Below are positions 32,741 through 46,819 of a stretch of 64,000 bases of DNA, one piece after another; the first letter of the stretch is position 1, and every line of letters starts with the position of its first letter. A model generated the notes under the pieces. The model had not been told where the DNA came from and did no database searches. It was given only the letters and a program-made list of their open reading frames with translations. The DNA lies in assembly GCF_009914755.1 (NCBI RefSeq), contig NC_060926.1; one strand, given 5' to 3'. This DNA is from the human T2T-CHM13v2.0 reference genome, Homo sapiens. A program made the position numbers and the translations under genes.

Positions 32741-33044
32741 TCTCCTTTCTTTAAAAATTATATAGAGAATCTCTTCTTTCGGAGACTCATTAAATTAGGT
32801 TTAACTTTTAATTTGTTGCTTCTGCATCACAAATGCTTATTTAATTGTGACATGTTCATATGTTATTTACTTAGTAATCTGAGATTTACTTCAATCTTTC
32901 CTTCATCACCCCACTCACTTTTTTAACTCCTTTGCCTCAGATTGTTTCATAATTTTCCTTTGTATGTTTCTGTTGATCTTCCTATATGATCTTGTAATTA
33001 ATCTTTATCTCTTTCTCCTTTAGTTTTTTTAAAATTATAGTACC

Positions 33045-33627
33045 TGTGATGATTAATATTAGGTGTCAACTTAATTGGATTGAAGGATGCTTAGATAGCT
33101 GCTAAAGTATTGTTTCTGGGTGTGTCTGTGAGGGTGCTGCCAGAGAAGATTGACATTTGAGTGGGTGGACTGGGAGAGGAAGACCCACTTTAAATGTGGG
33201 TGGGCACCATATTAATCATCTACAAGTGTGGCTAGAACAAAGCAGATGGAAGAAGGTGGGATAACCTTGCTAGCTGAGTTTTCTGACCCTCATCTTCCTC
33301 CCGTGCTGGATGCTTCCTTCCACTCCTCCTGCCCTTTGACACCAGATCCCAGGTTCCTCAGCCTTTGGACTCTGGGACTTGTATCAGTGGCTTGCCAGGG
33401 GCTCTTGGGCCTTCAGCCACAGACTGAAGCCTGCACTGTAGGTTTCCCTGCTTTTGAGGCTTTTGGACTCTGACTGAGCCACTGCCAGCTTCTTTCTTCC
33501 CCAGCTTCCAGACAGCCTATCATGGGACTTGGCCTTGTAATCGTGTGAGCAAATTCTCCCTAATAAACTGCTTTTTATACATACATATATCCTATTAGTT
33601 CTGTCCCCATGGAGAACCCTGAGTACA
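33045..33627 (+). mobile_element. MLT2A2-like HERV-L solo LTR
   Basis: TGTGATGATTAATATTAGGTGTCAACTT start; ends CCTATTAGTTCTGTCCCCATGGAGAACCCTGAGTACA. Confidence 0.9.
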
Positions 33628-34265
33628 CTTCCTCAGCCTCTAAAACCTTTCCTCCTGTAGAGATATTCAAGTCCTTTTCTTTCAAGGCAGGTATCTCTAA
33701 TCTCTTTTCCTTATCAGTAAACATTTAAAAACTTCAACTTTACAATATTTTATTAAATATTCTAAAATCGATAGCTTTCCAATATACTCTAGGGCTTCAC
33801 TAAACCATTTTTCAATTTCTTCCTGATTTGGCAGCACTACTCTTTTAATGAGCATCTGAATAAATAAGCAATCATTATTCTATTGGCCAGTAGTAATGAG
33901 AGACACTTATTACCGGTCTTCTTCGACTTTTTAAGGCCATTTGATTTAGAATTAATATGAATTTCCTTTTTTTTAATTTGAGGCTGATCCTGCTTCCATA
34001 ACAGTAATAGTTAACTGGTCCAATGGAATCCACACCTTTTTCATATACCCTAATAGCAAAAACTTTAAATGTACATATCCAACATGTGTATATTTAACAT
34101 TTATACATTTAATACATACATGGTCAATTATATCCCAAAAATGATACTTTTTAAAGAATTAGATAAAAATAAATAGAATTTGTTTATATGTTCTGTATAC
34201 GTATTATAGTCTTACCTATCCTATCTTGAAACCTCTGGACTACACTAGTGGTTTGAAAACTTTGA

Positions 34266-34652
<387 letters not shown>

Positions 34653-35124
34653 TAGAATCTACTGCTCATGTGTCTTGCTCCTCTTACTCAGGTGACTGCC
34701 AGTCTTTGGAAATAGCTGTACTAGATCATTAATTACCAAATATCAGTTAGCTAACAGGCCAGGCTGGCTGAATAAGAATCATATGAGATGCTTAACAGTG
34801 TAAAGTCTCAATTTTAGCAATTTTAGCTCTTACAAAGTCTAATTTGTAGGTCACGGAGAAGCCTAGAAATCCAGTTTATTAACAACCCCAGTGATTCTGT
34901 GCACCACCAAGTTTAAGAAATATTAAAGATCTATCAAATTCAAGGTGCAATACTCATCGAATTTTATTTGTATACCATCAGGTATACAAATGATTAAATG
35001 AAATATTTAAATCCTAGGAGGCCCATTTTCAGCCCTGCAACCATAACCAATTTATTACTCAATTTATTTTATTTTATTTTTGCTTTGCATTTTTCTTTCT
35101 ATTTTACCTTGCCAGAGGCATTTC

Positions 35125-35424
35125 TTATTATTTATTTATTTATTTATTATTGAGACCAAGTCTCACACTGTCGCCCCTGCTGGAGTGCAATGGCACGATC
35201 TCGGCTCACTGCAACCTCCGCCTCCAGGTTCAAACAATTCTCCTGCCTCAGCCTCCTGAGTAGCTGAGTGCCCGCCACCACACATGGCTAAGTTTTTGTA
35301 TTTTTAGTAGAGACGGGGTTTCACTATGTTGGCCAGGCTGGTCTTGAACTCCTGATCTCGTGATCCGCCCGCCTCGGCCTCCCAAAGTGCTGGGATTACA
35401 GGTGTGAGCCACTGTGCCCAGTCT
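35125..35424 (-). mobile_element. AluS SINE (Sg/Sc-like)
   Basis: (TTAT)n tail and reverse Alu with a short internal deletion. Confidence 0.92.
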
Positions 35425-35467
35425 CTGACTCTTTTTCTCTTCCCTTGAACTTTTTCTTGAAGTCTCT

Positions 35468-35925
35468 TATAGTAGCCATGAAAATTTACCTTTCAGATGT
35501 CTTCTTTGGGAAAGCATCACTGAAAGATGGCTGCAGCCACTGCTAGGAGAGCCTCTACGCCCATCACCTTGTTTGTGCTGGAGCCATGCTTCCCTCAGGC
35601 TGCGCCCAGCCAATGACTGAGCAGAGCTGGAGCACTAATGTAGGCCCACTCCTGCCAGATGCCCGACTCCTCCAAGGGATGGCTGCAGCTCAAGAGCTCG
35701 CATCAGCCTGGCTACACTTTTCTTGGAAATGTGCTCAGCCTTAGTTCCTTTCTACACAATCCTCCTTCCTTCTCTCCTTTCCTGGGCTCAGAGATGCATC
35801 ATGGTCTGAAGCCTCTTCCCGTCTTCTCCTGCACCCAGTCTTTATCCTGCTTAGGCCTTTTCCTCCTGGCCTCCATAAATCTCATACATGTCTAATCCCA
35901 TCTTGATGATATATTTCATGAAGCT
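35468..35925 (+). mobile_element. LTR16-like ERVL LTR
   Basis: CTTCCCTCAGGCTGCGCCCAGCCAATGACTGAGCA and ATAAATCTCATACATGTCTAATCCCATCTTG resemble the recalled LTR16 consensus; boundaries approximate. Confidence 0.7.
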
Positions 35926-36810
35926 GGAGGTGTTGTCAGTTTAACTATATTAGTTGTCCTTCTCTGCTGCTCACATAATGCTAATGTATCTGTGACTAGC
36001 TCTCTGACCACATCCTATGAAGTCTGTTTACATATTTTCTTCCTCCACATAATTATTTGTTTTAAACATTTTAAATGGTCTGATTCTCCACATTTGAAAC
36101 ACTCTTCATACCTACATATTATAACCAAGTGATACCCTCACTCAAAGCTACTCTGCTGGTAGATCTCTAAAGTCTTCAAAATTTTACCTGGAAGATAATT
36201 AGTCTCATCTCCCTTTGCTAACAGTCTCAACTACATTCTTTGGCAGAAATCTCCAACTAGGCTGATAGTGTCCCAAGAATTATTTAGCATGCTGCAAAGA
36301 TCTCTTAACTTAAAAAAAAAAATGTTTTTTTAGTCCAATATATCAAGCAAATAAGGTCTTCAGCCTTGCCGGTTTTCTAAAATCAGAAAAGACTGCTTTC
36401 AACAGCTTGGGTCCTGGTACTTTTTCCAAAACAAACCTTTCTTCTCTATTACTCTGAAGTTCACATCACATTCTTTGCTCCCCAGAATTTTAATTACATT
36501 AAAAATAATATGTCTTATATTCATCCCAATTGACTTGATAATGAGTCTCCGTCATCATGGAGTCCATGAAAATTTTTTATTATTGTGGCACTTTAGTTTG
36601 GTCAGGTTTATCACAGGGGAGAATCTGAATTTAACTGTATGAATTTAACCCAGTTCACCATTCTTAAATTGTCGTTCAGGAACTCCTGGGAGTCCCAAAT
36701 ACCATGTTACAGGGTCTTTGGGGTCAAAATTATAATCATAATAGTATTAAGACATTGCTTTTTCACTGTTCTTCTTGAATTACTATACAGTGGAATTTCT
36801 CAGAGCCTAT

Positions 36811-37399
36811 TGATGCAGGATTTTTCTCAGCCACTTTGCCCAGCGACACCCCCCAACCCAGGCCTCACTCAGCCCCAGGCCTACCACTGGAGGCACACCA
36901 TCGACTTGGCCTGCCTGTGCTGTAGCTTGTAGCTGCATTTGGAGGTTCCCCGGCTCTTGTTCCAAGTCCAAGAAGAATGAGGATACCCTGACAATTGAAG
37001 GGTGAAGATGGGCAGAGAAAAATTTTGTTGAGTCATGCAACAGCTCTCAGCAAAGAGGGGACATGGTGGGGTGGTCCCTTACTCCCTGCAGTCAGGTAGT
37101 TTCCCTCCTGGGCTCAAATTAGGGGAGTGTGTCCTGATTGGTTTGTGAGTATGCAAAGAAAAGCAAAAACAAAGGCCCCAGTCAAAGGTGAGCACAGCAG
37201 TGTGAAAAAACAATTAGGAAAGGGTTAGTACATGTAAAATAGGTGAAGGGTAGTGATCAGAGGAAAGCATGCCAAACAGAAAGACAGGTTCTCAGTCCGG
37301 TCTGAGGATTTACCCAGGACTGTCTTCAGCTTGAAGGCTGGGTTTCACTGGGACCAGCCCCTATTTGCCTAGGCATTTGCCTGCCTCCTGCCGCTATCC
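36811..37399 (-). mobile_element. ERV1-class solo LTR (MER52/LTR27/LTR28 group)
   Basis: TGATGCAGGATTTTTCTCAGCC terminus and CAAGAAGAATGAGGATAC motif; TSD CTAT at 36807-36810 and 37400-37403. Flanks resemble an interrupted hAT-Charlie remnant. Confidence 0.8.
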
Positions 37400-38284
37400 C
37401 TATCTGCCATAGGATACTGTCATTGCACTGATGGCTGATGACTGTGGATCTGTGTATTCTCACTTTTTATAAAATTTTCAAAAGTAGTTGGTTTAGGGTA
37501 TAGTTTCATGTGTTTTCAAATATTAACCTACTTTCTTTTCTTCTACTGTGGTCTTGCTAGCTATCTTTTGTTATGGCAGGTAGAATCTCCATAACCACTT
37601 TATCTCCAGTAAATCATTATATGTGAAATTCTGAAGTGTTTCCTGAGGCTTGTACATGTATCCCTGGAATCTGAAATAATAAAGGAAAGTGTTCCCTGCC
37701 CCTGTGTAGAAACGTAATAACAAGTATGTATACTTTATAGTCTTGTTTTGCAATCTTAAAATATTTTCTTAAAAAGTTTTTTAAACTTTTAAACTCTATT
37801 GAAAATTATTATTTTACAATTCAATAATATTTTATTCAAAATAAAGTTTTGTAATATATTTTCCTTATATTTAAGAAAAATCATTGGCCTAAGAGGGGGA
37901 AATTAAAAGACGAACTTGCTCAAGTGATAGCAACACTGTCTACAACTAAAGATGTTGAAAGCAATGAAACTGATACTGAAGCAACATATGGAAGGGAGGA
38001 ATGCACTCCAAAGACACTAGGGGAAGCTAATTAGGAAATAAAAACATGGTGAAAGCTATCTTTTTCTCAGTTTTGTAGATGTTAATAATTTACCTCTTCA
38101 TGTCTTACGTAACAATTGTTTTTCAAATGGCATTATGGTGTCAATGAAGATGCAGGGTTATTATCTAATCAAACACTTAGAGTTTAAAGAAAAGCAATTT
38201 ACATACTGTAAATGCTAAAACCCAAGATGAATACATATGTAAAATATCATAAAGATGAATTCTTAGAAAGATAAATGTCTGGAG

Positions 38285-38700
38285 CAATGGTTCTCAAACT
38301 TGTGGTATTACAAACACTTGGAGGCCTCCTTGAAATTCAGATTCCTGGGCCTTACCCCCAAGAGTTTTGATGAAGTAGGTTTGAGGTGAACTTGAGAATT
38401 TGCTTTAGTAGTAAGTTCCCAGGTGACAATGAAGCTGCTGGTCTGAGAATCACACTTTGAGAATCACGAAGCTAGAGCAATGATACTCAAACTTCATTGT
38501 GGAAAAGAACCCTTGGGGAGCTTGTTGTAATTTCCCAGAGATTTTGAATGACTAGATCTGAGTAGATCTGGGAAGGCTATGAAATTTTTAAGTTCCCAAG
38601 GTGATTCTCAAGAAACACAGAACTTTGTTTTAGTAAAAAAATTTTTTTAATCTTCCCAGGTGATTTAAACATTCAGTCATGGTTAACAATCAGTGCTTTG
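38285..38700. mobile_element. Tandem MER5-type hAT-Charlie MITEs
   Basis: CAATGGTTCTCAAACTT...AAGTTCCCAGGTGAC...CACACTTTGAGAATCAC, followed directly by a second, more diverged copy (CAATGATACTCAAACTT...CCCAGGTGATT). Confidence 0.75.
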
Positions 38701-40172
38701 GTGCTATTTCTGTCCTCCAAGTGATTTGGCAGTACTTCTAACCACTGCAAAGTTTTGCTATCCTTTATTCTCTTTGCATCTTGAGCAGGTGGTCTGAGTC
38801 CCACTACAGAGCACAACCCTACTGTGCTATCCACCCAGCACTCTCCTACCACCACCTCCCCAATTGCACTATCCACCTTATCCACCTCACCTTATTACTA
38901 TTGGTTTTTAGCCATCCAATCCATGCTAAGCCATCGATTTCCATGCACCTTATCCATGCTAAGCCACTAAGTTCCATTCATTGATTTTTATTTTTGGTAG
39001 GATGTAGAACTTGTGATTATTAACACTCTATTGCCTACCTTGTGAACTAAACAGGCAGTGGAAACCAAAGGAACAAAAGAGGAATAAAGATGCCCCCATG
39101 AGAGAAGAAATAAGTGCTGGAATTCCTGGATACAGTTGTTGCTGAGGCACAGGTATAATTTAACCTTTATTTCTGTGAGAAGTCTCATATCCTTTAAAAA
39201 GAAAAACATAATTCATGTTTTTTATTTTTGTTTTTGCTTATGCTCACTTGACTTAGATATCTATAACTTGTAGTCAAAAAACTAAGAAACTTGCCTAAAT
39301 TTACACAGAAAGGTGGGGGCGAAGGCAGAATTGAAAATGTCTCATTAATATTTCTCTTTTATATTGCCCAGCCTGTCTGAATTTGATTTACCTAAAACAC
39401 CCAAAGGCAAAATAGTGACTTCTCTGGTCTACACTGTAGGGTGGCTGTGCATGGAACTCCTAAACCAAATCGTATAAGAATGAATTGGAATTTCCAGTGA
39501 TTATTTAGCCACTGTTAATCTACTGAATTAAACACTATGTTTGGACTTGGCAGACATACATCTCCGGAATCTGTCCTTCATGATTTCCAACTCTCCCTGG
39601 GAAAGGTCAAGTGCACTAATGGCTTTCACTCTTTTTCAGCCAAGCATGAAAATCTTATTGGAGGAAGAGTCCCTGACCTACTGAGTAGTGTTCCAAACAG
39701 TACTATTAATGGCTGCGGAATCCACAAGTTGGCCACAATCTTTCCTGAAGCACAACCCAGGCACATGCCTTGACTTTTATGGCACTTGAATAATGATATT
39801 GCACTTTAAAGAGCGTGAGGGGGTTTTAAAAATTCTGGTCTTGTGCCAAGTTTTCCCATTTCATGTAAAAGAAACTTTTTTTTCCACCTGTCTGCATAAA
39901 AGGATGCAAGAAGCATGAGGAAAGACAAGAGAAATTCTTCTTGCTTATATGTTATTTCTATCTTGAAATATGACCTACTTTTGAAAAGTTAGAAGGACCC
40001 CATCAGAATTCTCAATTGTCAGAGCTCTCCGTCTTCTGAAAGCTGGACTTTTGCTATAAAAGAGATGCCTATAAAAATGAATAAATCTGTTGATACTAGT
40101 CATTTTCATTAATTTATGTCTCAACACAAAATTTTAAAAGTACTTATATAATGTGGCTGTAATAAAACCCTA

Positions 40173-40659
<487 letters not shown>

Positions 40660-41019
40660 TTACTAGACGTATTCTTGAAAAAAAAAAAATTTAAAAAAAA
40701 GAACGGGAAGAGTTCTGGATTATCTGGACCAAGGATGATATTGTGAGATTAATCCCAGAAGGAGGTTTTCCCCTTTTGTAGAAGAGAAAATTTAAGAAGA
40801 CTTTAGTAGTAAAAGATGTGGCTTATAAACAGACTTTATAAACAGAAAAAGAACAGTTATCTACAAAAAATAAAGTTACTCTGATTTAACAGGTTTTGTT
40901 TAATTAGCTTTCTTCCATTTTAATTCCCTTTCAATGCAGAGAATAACTGTCTGTTTATGTATCATCACACTTGATCATCAAAACTATCCTACAAGGATGT
41001 TGTTATTGTTGTCCCAGTT

Positions 41020-41539
41020 TGTATTAGTTATCCATCACTGTATAACAAATTAACTCCAAACTTGGAGTCTTATAACAATAAGCATTTATTATCGCACAAT
41101 TCCTGTGGATTAGGAAAACTGAGCACAATTTAGCTGGGGACCTTAGGCTCATGTTCTTGGTTATTAGCAGGCCTTAGAAATTCTGCTTCCACACATACAC
41201 ACATGGCTGTTGGCAGATCTCAGGTCTTCACTGGCTATTGGCTGGAGACATCAGTTTCTTGGCAAGTGTGTCTCACAATAGGATTGCTCCCAACATAGTG
41301 AATTGCTCCCCACAGGACAAGGAATTTGAGAAACAGAACAGATAATGGGTCCTCAAGAAGGAAGCTAATATCTTTGTATAACCTAATCTCAGGAGTGATT
41401 TCCTATCATGTCTGTCCCATCGTATTCATTAGAAAAAAGTCACTTAGTGCAGCCCACACTCAAGGGGAGGGAATTATGCAAGTCTGTGAGTACTAGGAGG
41501 TAGGGGTCATTAGGGTTATTTTAGAGGCTTCCTACCCCA
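41020..41539 (-). mobile_element. MLT1 MaLR solo LTR inserted into a MIR
   Basis: TGTATTAGTTATCC...AAGCATTTATTATC start, ends CCTACCCCA; TSD CAGTT/GAGTT. MIR halves lie at about 40960-41019 and 41545-41680. Confidence 0.8.
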
Positions 41540-43716
41540 GAGTTTTCATTATTCTAAGAATGGAGGAAAGTGGGGCTTATAAAAGATAAATAATTTGCCC
41601 AAGATCATTTGGCTGTTCCATGCTAAAATAGGAATTCATTTCCAGGCTTTTGGAGTCCAGAGATCAAGCTCTTAATCAATAGGTAGCAGAAAAAAATATA
41701 CATTGTAAGAAATTGATCTCTTTTTGCTGAACCCTTTTGATGACCATTTGCCCACCAATAGGCAAAAGCTTAAGACCAAATAATGGCACTAATTTAGATT
41801 TATCAAATGCATTATGTGCAGGAATACAAGCTAGAATTTCAATTAATTTTTAAGTACATTTTAATATATAACACTTTTCTCAAGTTTTTCACTCTTTCAT
41901 GTTTGTATATGCATCAATAAAATAAGAGATGCCTGAAACATATTTTTATGTGTTTTATGGACCATGTTTCTCAGAAGCGTTTATTTGGTTTAGAGTTAAG
42001 GTTTAAGAAAAAAAATCATAATTTTTCAGAGTCAGCTTTATTAGAAAATGATTACAAACACTCAGCCCCAACCTTGCCATTGCACTAGAATTGGAGAATC
42101 AAAGTTTCTGCTTTTATATCAAAAAGAAAGCAGATGTGGTATGTGTAAGGCCATGGAACCACAGTTAGATATTCCCTGCAGAGTACTGATAGCCTGTTAT
42201 TTCTTACTTAGGTTGAAATGTTTGCAAGAGTTGAATGATAAATGACTCCAGAGAACAAATCAAGAAAGGATCATGACTAGGTGTTAGTAGGTGCAAGTTT
42301 TATCACAATACAGGAATTAGAACAATGTAGAAGCAACCCGAGAAAAGGAGAGGCTTTCTAACAACTGTGTTATCAGTTCCATCAGCCCCTCTGTGCAAAC
42401 CATATGGCCTGTGTCTCAGTCAGCACAGAAGGATTATCCAACTGTCACCTCTCTCCCAACTGGATATTGTGTCATAGCTGAACATCAGGGTTTTCATTTT
42501 TATGTATTATTCCTGCGAAGAAAACTTTGGCATAACCTACACCCTTAAGATACTCACCTCCATTTCTTTAACACCTAACACATGGCTAGCTCTTAATCAA
42601 TGTTTAAGAACTGCCCTGCATTTTTATGAACACGTGGTTAGTTGGAGCTTTGGATTTTCAACCTTACATTGATTGGGACCAGCTGGTAAGGTAAGTGACA
42701 AAATTCTGAGAGACAGGTTGCTTGTTCACAATACATTTCATTCAGCAAAGGAAGAAAAGGGTATAAATTTTTCAAGACAGTTATTCTGTATGGGATTTCC
42801 AGATCCCCCAGCATCTGAACTTTGAGGATTATTTTTTAAATCACACTTTTTCTTTTCACTTATCCATGAGGCTGTCTGAAAATCTAATTTGTCCTGGAGG
42901 ATAGTCTCATCATGGAAGCTAGATAAAAATAGTTCATACTCATGAATCTTGTGATCTGTATAGTAGCACTCATGAGCCATTAAAAAATGAAGGAGGAAAA
43001 ATGTATTTCTGTTTAGAGACTAATGTTAATATTAGTAAACAGTTTCACGTAATTGTACTTCTTGTTATAATCCACATTTCTGTATTTCTAATAAATTGCT
43101 ATATCAAATCCACTACATATTATTACTTGGAAAAATGTGTCATGTATACTCAGTAAACTTCTGAGTAACCAATTGTCATTGTTCTATGTAAAAATAAAAA
43201 ATGACATTTTCTGTGGATTTCATAGCAACTCATTACCATGTAAAAAAAATACATAAAAAATTGAATATTTCTACTGGCTATAAACATTTCAGTATAAATA
43301 GACATGTCTTCATATAATAACTTTATTTTAAATTAAAGGGTAAAAACTACATTGAATTTGTAGAATGTAATTATATTGGACCTGGCATCACCAAGGGATT
43401 GGGGCCAAAGTTCGTCTCTTTTTCTCAATCCATCTTTATTCTATTTTTGTTTTGTTTGTTTTGAACTATTTTGGAGGAAAGCAAATTGAGACCACTGAGA
43501 TTCAAACTGGCAGGAAAGAAATGGGGGGCAGGGGGTTGTATGATACAAGGGGAAGGTAGAGGTCAGTTTTGTTCACCTTTAACCTTGGCCATGTCTCTAC
43601 TTATGTATATAAATTCATTGTTCATAAAGTGTGAAGACATTCCCATTCAGCAATGCGTGCCCCTTGAATTACTTTGATTGTAATTATCCAGTCTTACCCT
43701 CTTCACCATGAAGGAG

Positions 43717-43920
43717 AGTAACTAACATTTATTGAGTGCTGTCTGAGTGCTTGGCACATTACCTGATTTAATCTTCACCACTACAATTCCAGGAGGTAGG
43801 TGGTAGTATTATTCCCATTTTCAAAGGAGAAAAGTGAGGCTTCAGGATCAAGTAACTTGCCCAAGTTCACACATGTAGCATGTGACTAAGCTAGAATTAA
43901 CACCCAGGTCTCCCGAAACT
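43717..43920 (-). mobile_element. MIR SINE
   Basis: AACATTTATTGAGTGCT...ATTATTCCCATTTTCAAAGGAGAAAAGTGAGGCT...AAGTAACTTGCCCAAG. Confidence 0.85.
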
Positions 43921-46581
43921 CTATACCAGTACTCCACATTGTTGCTCACATAACGGATCACAGTGAATGTTACCTGTTCAAAGGGGAAACAAACTGTGAT
44001 CTTAGGTTGATTAGCAATATGTGTTATTTAACCCACAAATTCTAATATACCTGATCATACAATGCAAAAGAGGTAATATTCAGCTGAATTAGCAAGATAA
44101 TATTCCACCTACAATATTACTTAAATATTCTTTGAGTGAGATAAAATAAAAAAAAAGTTCCTCTTTTTTATATTTTAATTTTACACACAAACCTATACAA
44201 GATTATTTGAGATTTCAATGTACACAGTAAGGTGTTTTTTACTGTGTGGTAGTATTTCCCAATCAAATCTTCTAACAAAATGTCATATCAGTCATGAAAA
44301 AATTTTAGCATCACCCCTTCCATCAAATTTAAGAAAAATATACCATACTTAAAGTCTTTCTGAATAAGTTTTAATGTTTCCTTACTTTTGGGGTTAATTA
44401 GAATAGGTAACATATCCATAACTATGAATACTTTTTGTTTTATTTTGTTTTAGCATTTGGTCCACTGGCCTGATGAATAAGCCATAAATAAAACTAGAAA
44501 CTTTGCCTTATGGCTTCAGTTACTGTTGAAAGTGCCACGGTACTTTCTAGTTTACGAAACCTGTCACATGGTTGAACACAGGCAGCCAAACTGCTATGAC
44601 TTAGCACTGCAACATGGCATGTTCCTCTCATTCATTAAACTGATTTCACACTGTTTAAAAAAAGAAAAAAAGAACTCAGACATTAAAGACAAATGCTATC
44701 TTTCTATATGTAGAATTTTTTTAACCCTCTGTTGTTTCCAGCCAAGATTCAGATTCTTGGCTCTGGTGTCCGGGCTGCTCTCACATTAACTTGTTTCAGA
44801 ACATGTGCTCCACATTTGTTTCCTAGGATGCAAATGGCTTGGGCATGTGCTGACTAAAACTCTTAACACCAAACGGGTTTAGTGAGATTCATATAGCTTG
44901 GCAACCATTTGCTATGAAATTTGGGTAAAGCTCATAATATAATCCTTTTTCACTCTTCTTAACTTCTTCCCTTTGGAGAGTTTTCAGATTATTTCCCGCC
45001 AACTTTATTAAGAAACTGGATCAGCCTTCACACCAGAATGTATATATACATGAAAGTAATTGAGCTCAGATAGTACCTTTTTGATTAAGAGAAAATACTC
45101 ACATCTATTTTAGTAGAATAATCGATGATTAATTTCTTCCTATAGAAGCAATTCTGAAGCCAGAGAGCACAGCCACACGTACAGTCAAAACAGGTGAGAG
45201 GAAGCCTTTTCTTTCAGGGATACTGGGTAAAACTTGCAGGGGAGAATCCATAATATTTATTTATTCTGATATCCAAGTTACTACTTTCCAAAGTGCTTTC
45301 ACTCAATATTGGCAGGCTTGTTTGAGAAATCCAGAGAGAAATGAAAAAAATGGCAATCACTTCATTTTCTGTAAAGATCAGTTGCCAAAAATTATTTTTT
45401 CTGAGGTTGCTCAGTGGGCCACGAGAGTAAAATAATGCTTATAGGGCTCGAATGTTAGAATTTCAGGGACTATCAGCCAGAGTCACATTAAAATAAAAAA
45501 GGTTTGGAAAGCACATTCCAACTCTAAAGAAAAGGCCAAACTGCTGAGCTCTGCCTTGATATTAAATCAAGCTCTGAGAATGGAAAAGAGATTGTCTTTT
45601 TCTTACATTTTTAAGTGACATATTTGATTGTGCATATGTCTTCTTTAGAATTGGAGTTGCCTCTGCTTTGATGGTTTTGGTGTTTGGTAAATATTTGCAC
45701 ATATTTAAATTTTCTTTTGGTTCTCATTTGTTTACATAATCTGATGTAAATGCATGTACACATATATCATAAATATTATATATAGTTTATGAGCACTATT
45801 CAATATAAATGTATCCATGAGAAATAGTCCCATTGCTACTTTTTACCAGTGAATGAAAGCATTGTTTCAATGAATGCTTTTGGAACAGGTGAGCACTTTC
45901 AGATTGTGCTTTATTCATTCATTCATAAATTTTTTCAACAAATGATTTTATTACCATGTGTCAACACTGATAAAAAGTAGATAAAACTCACCGGTGTTTA
46001 CCCTATGGACTCTCAGTTAATGGTGAGTTTGTTGAAGATGACAAGAAAATTAGTCATTATAATTTAAGCCTTGATGTGTAAAAAGTCAACAGGACTATCA
46101 GACACAGTCTCATTTTTACAAAGGTTTTTCAAAGAACTAGGTAAAAGAGAAGAAATTGCCTTGCAATAGATCTTACCATATATCTAAATAAAATGATAGT
46201 AGAATCAGACTTACCTGGGATATCTTCACATCTCTCCTGATGTACTACTTTGGTCTCTATTTTATCTGCACATCCAGTTTTCTCTGCCCCTCTCTCAGTG
46301 TCTTGTGTGTATCAAATGTCATTAAAGTTTAATAGAAAACAGATGACTCTTGCCCTGTTCTTTCAAAGGACAGTCACATGAACACCAGTACTCCAGAAGG
46401 ATGAAACCACACCTTTTCTGAGCACATGGACTCAGGCCTGAGTAGAGGCCCAGGACCCAGAGCCAGTGAGGGATAGGCCCGTAGGAAGGCCAGCAGGAAG
46501 AAGAGGCTGAGGAGAGAAAGCCAGGATAATGAAGACCACTTCAAGGGCAACTGGAAGCTGGTAACAGGACATGCCCTAAGG

Positions 46582-46819
46582 CAGCAGGCCCCAACCTTTT
46601 TGGCACCAGGGCCTAGTTTCGTGGAAGACAATATTTCTACGGAGGCAGGGGAATGGTTTTGGGATGAAACTGTTCTACCTCGGATCATCAAGCATTAGGT
46701 TCTCATAGGGAGCACGCAACTACATCCCTTGCATGTGGAGTTCACCGTGGGGTTCATGCTCCTGTGAGAATCTGATGCTGCCACTGATCTGTCCATGGTC
46801 CAGGGGTTGGAGACCCCTG
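46582..46819 (+). mobile_element. MER1B hAT-Charlie MITE with internal deletion
   Basis: CCCCAACCTTTTTGGCACCAGGG...GGGGTTGGAGACCCCTG terminal inverted repeats; 8-bp TSD CCCTAAGG/CCTTAAGG. Confidence 0.92.

Noticed and set aside
37876-38034. Acidic peptide KDELAQVIATLSTTKDVESNETDTE after an acceptor-like site
   Set aside because: Only about 50 codons, weak donor, and any Tigger-tail resemblance is too vague to support.
38820-38970. Recurrent TATCCAC and ATCCATGCTAAGCCA words
   Set aside because: Irregular short duplications with no repeat-spacer periodicity; not CRISPR-like.
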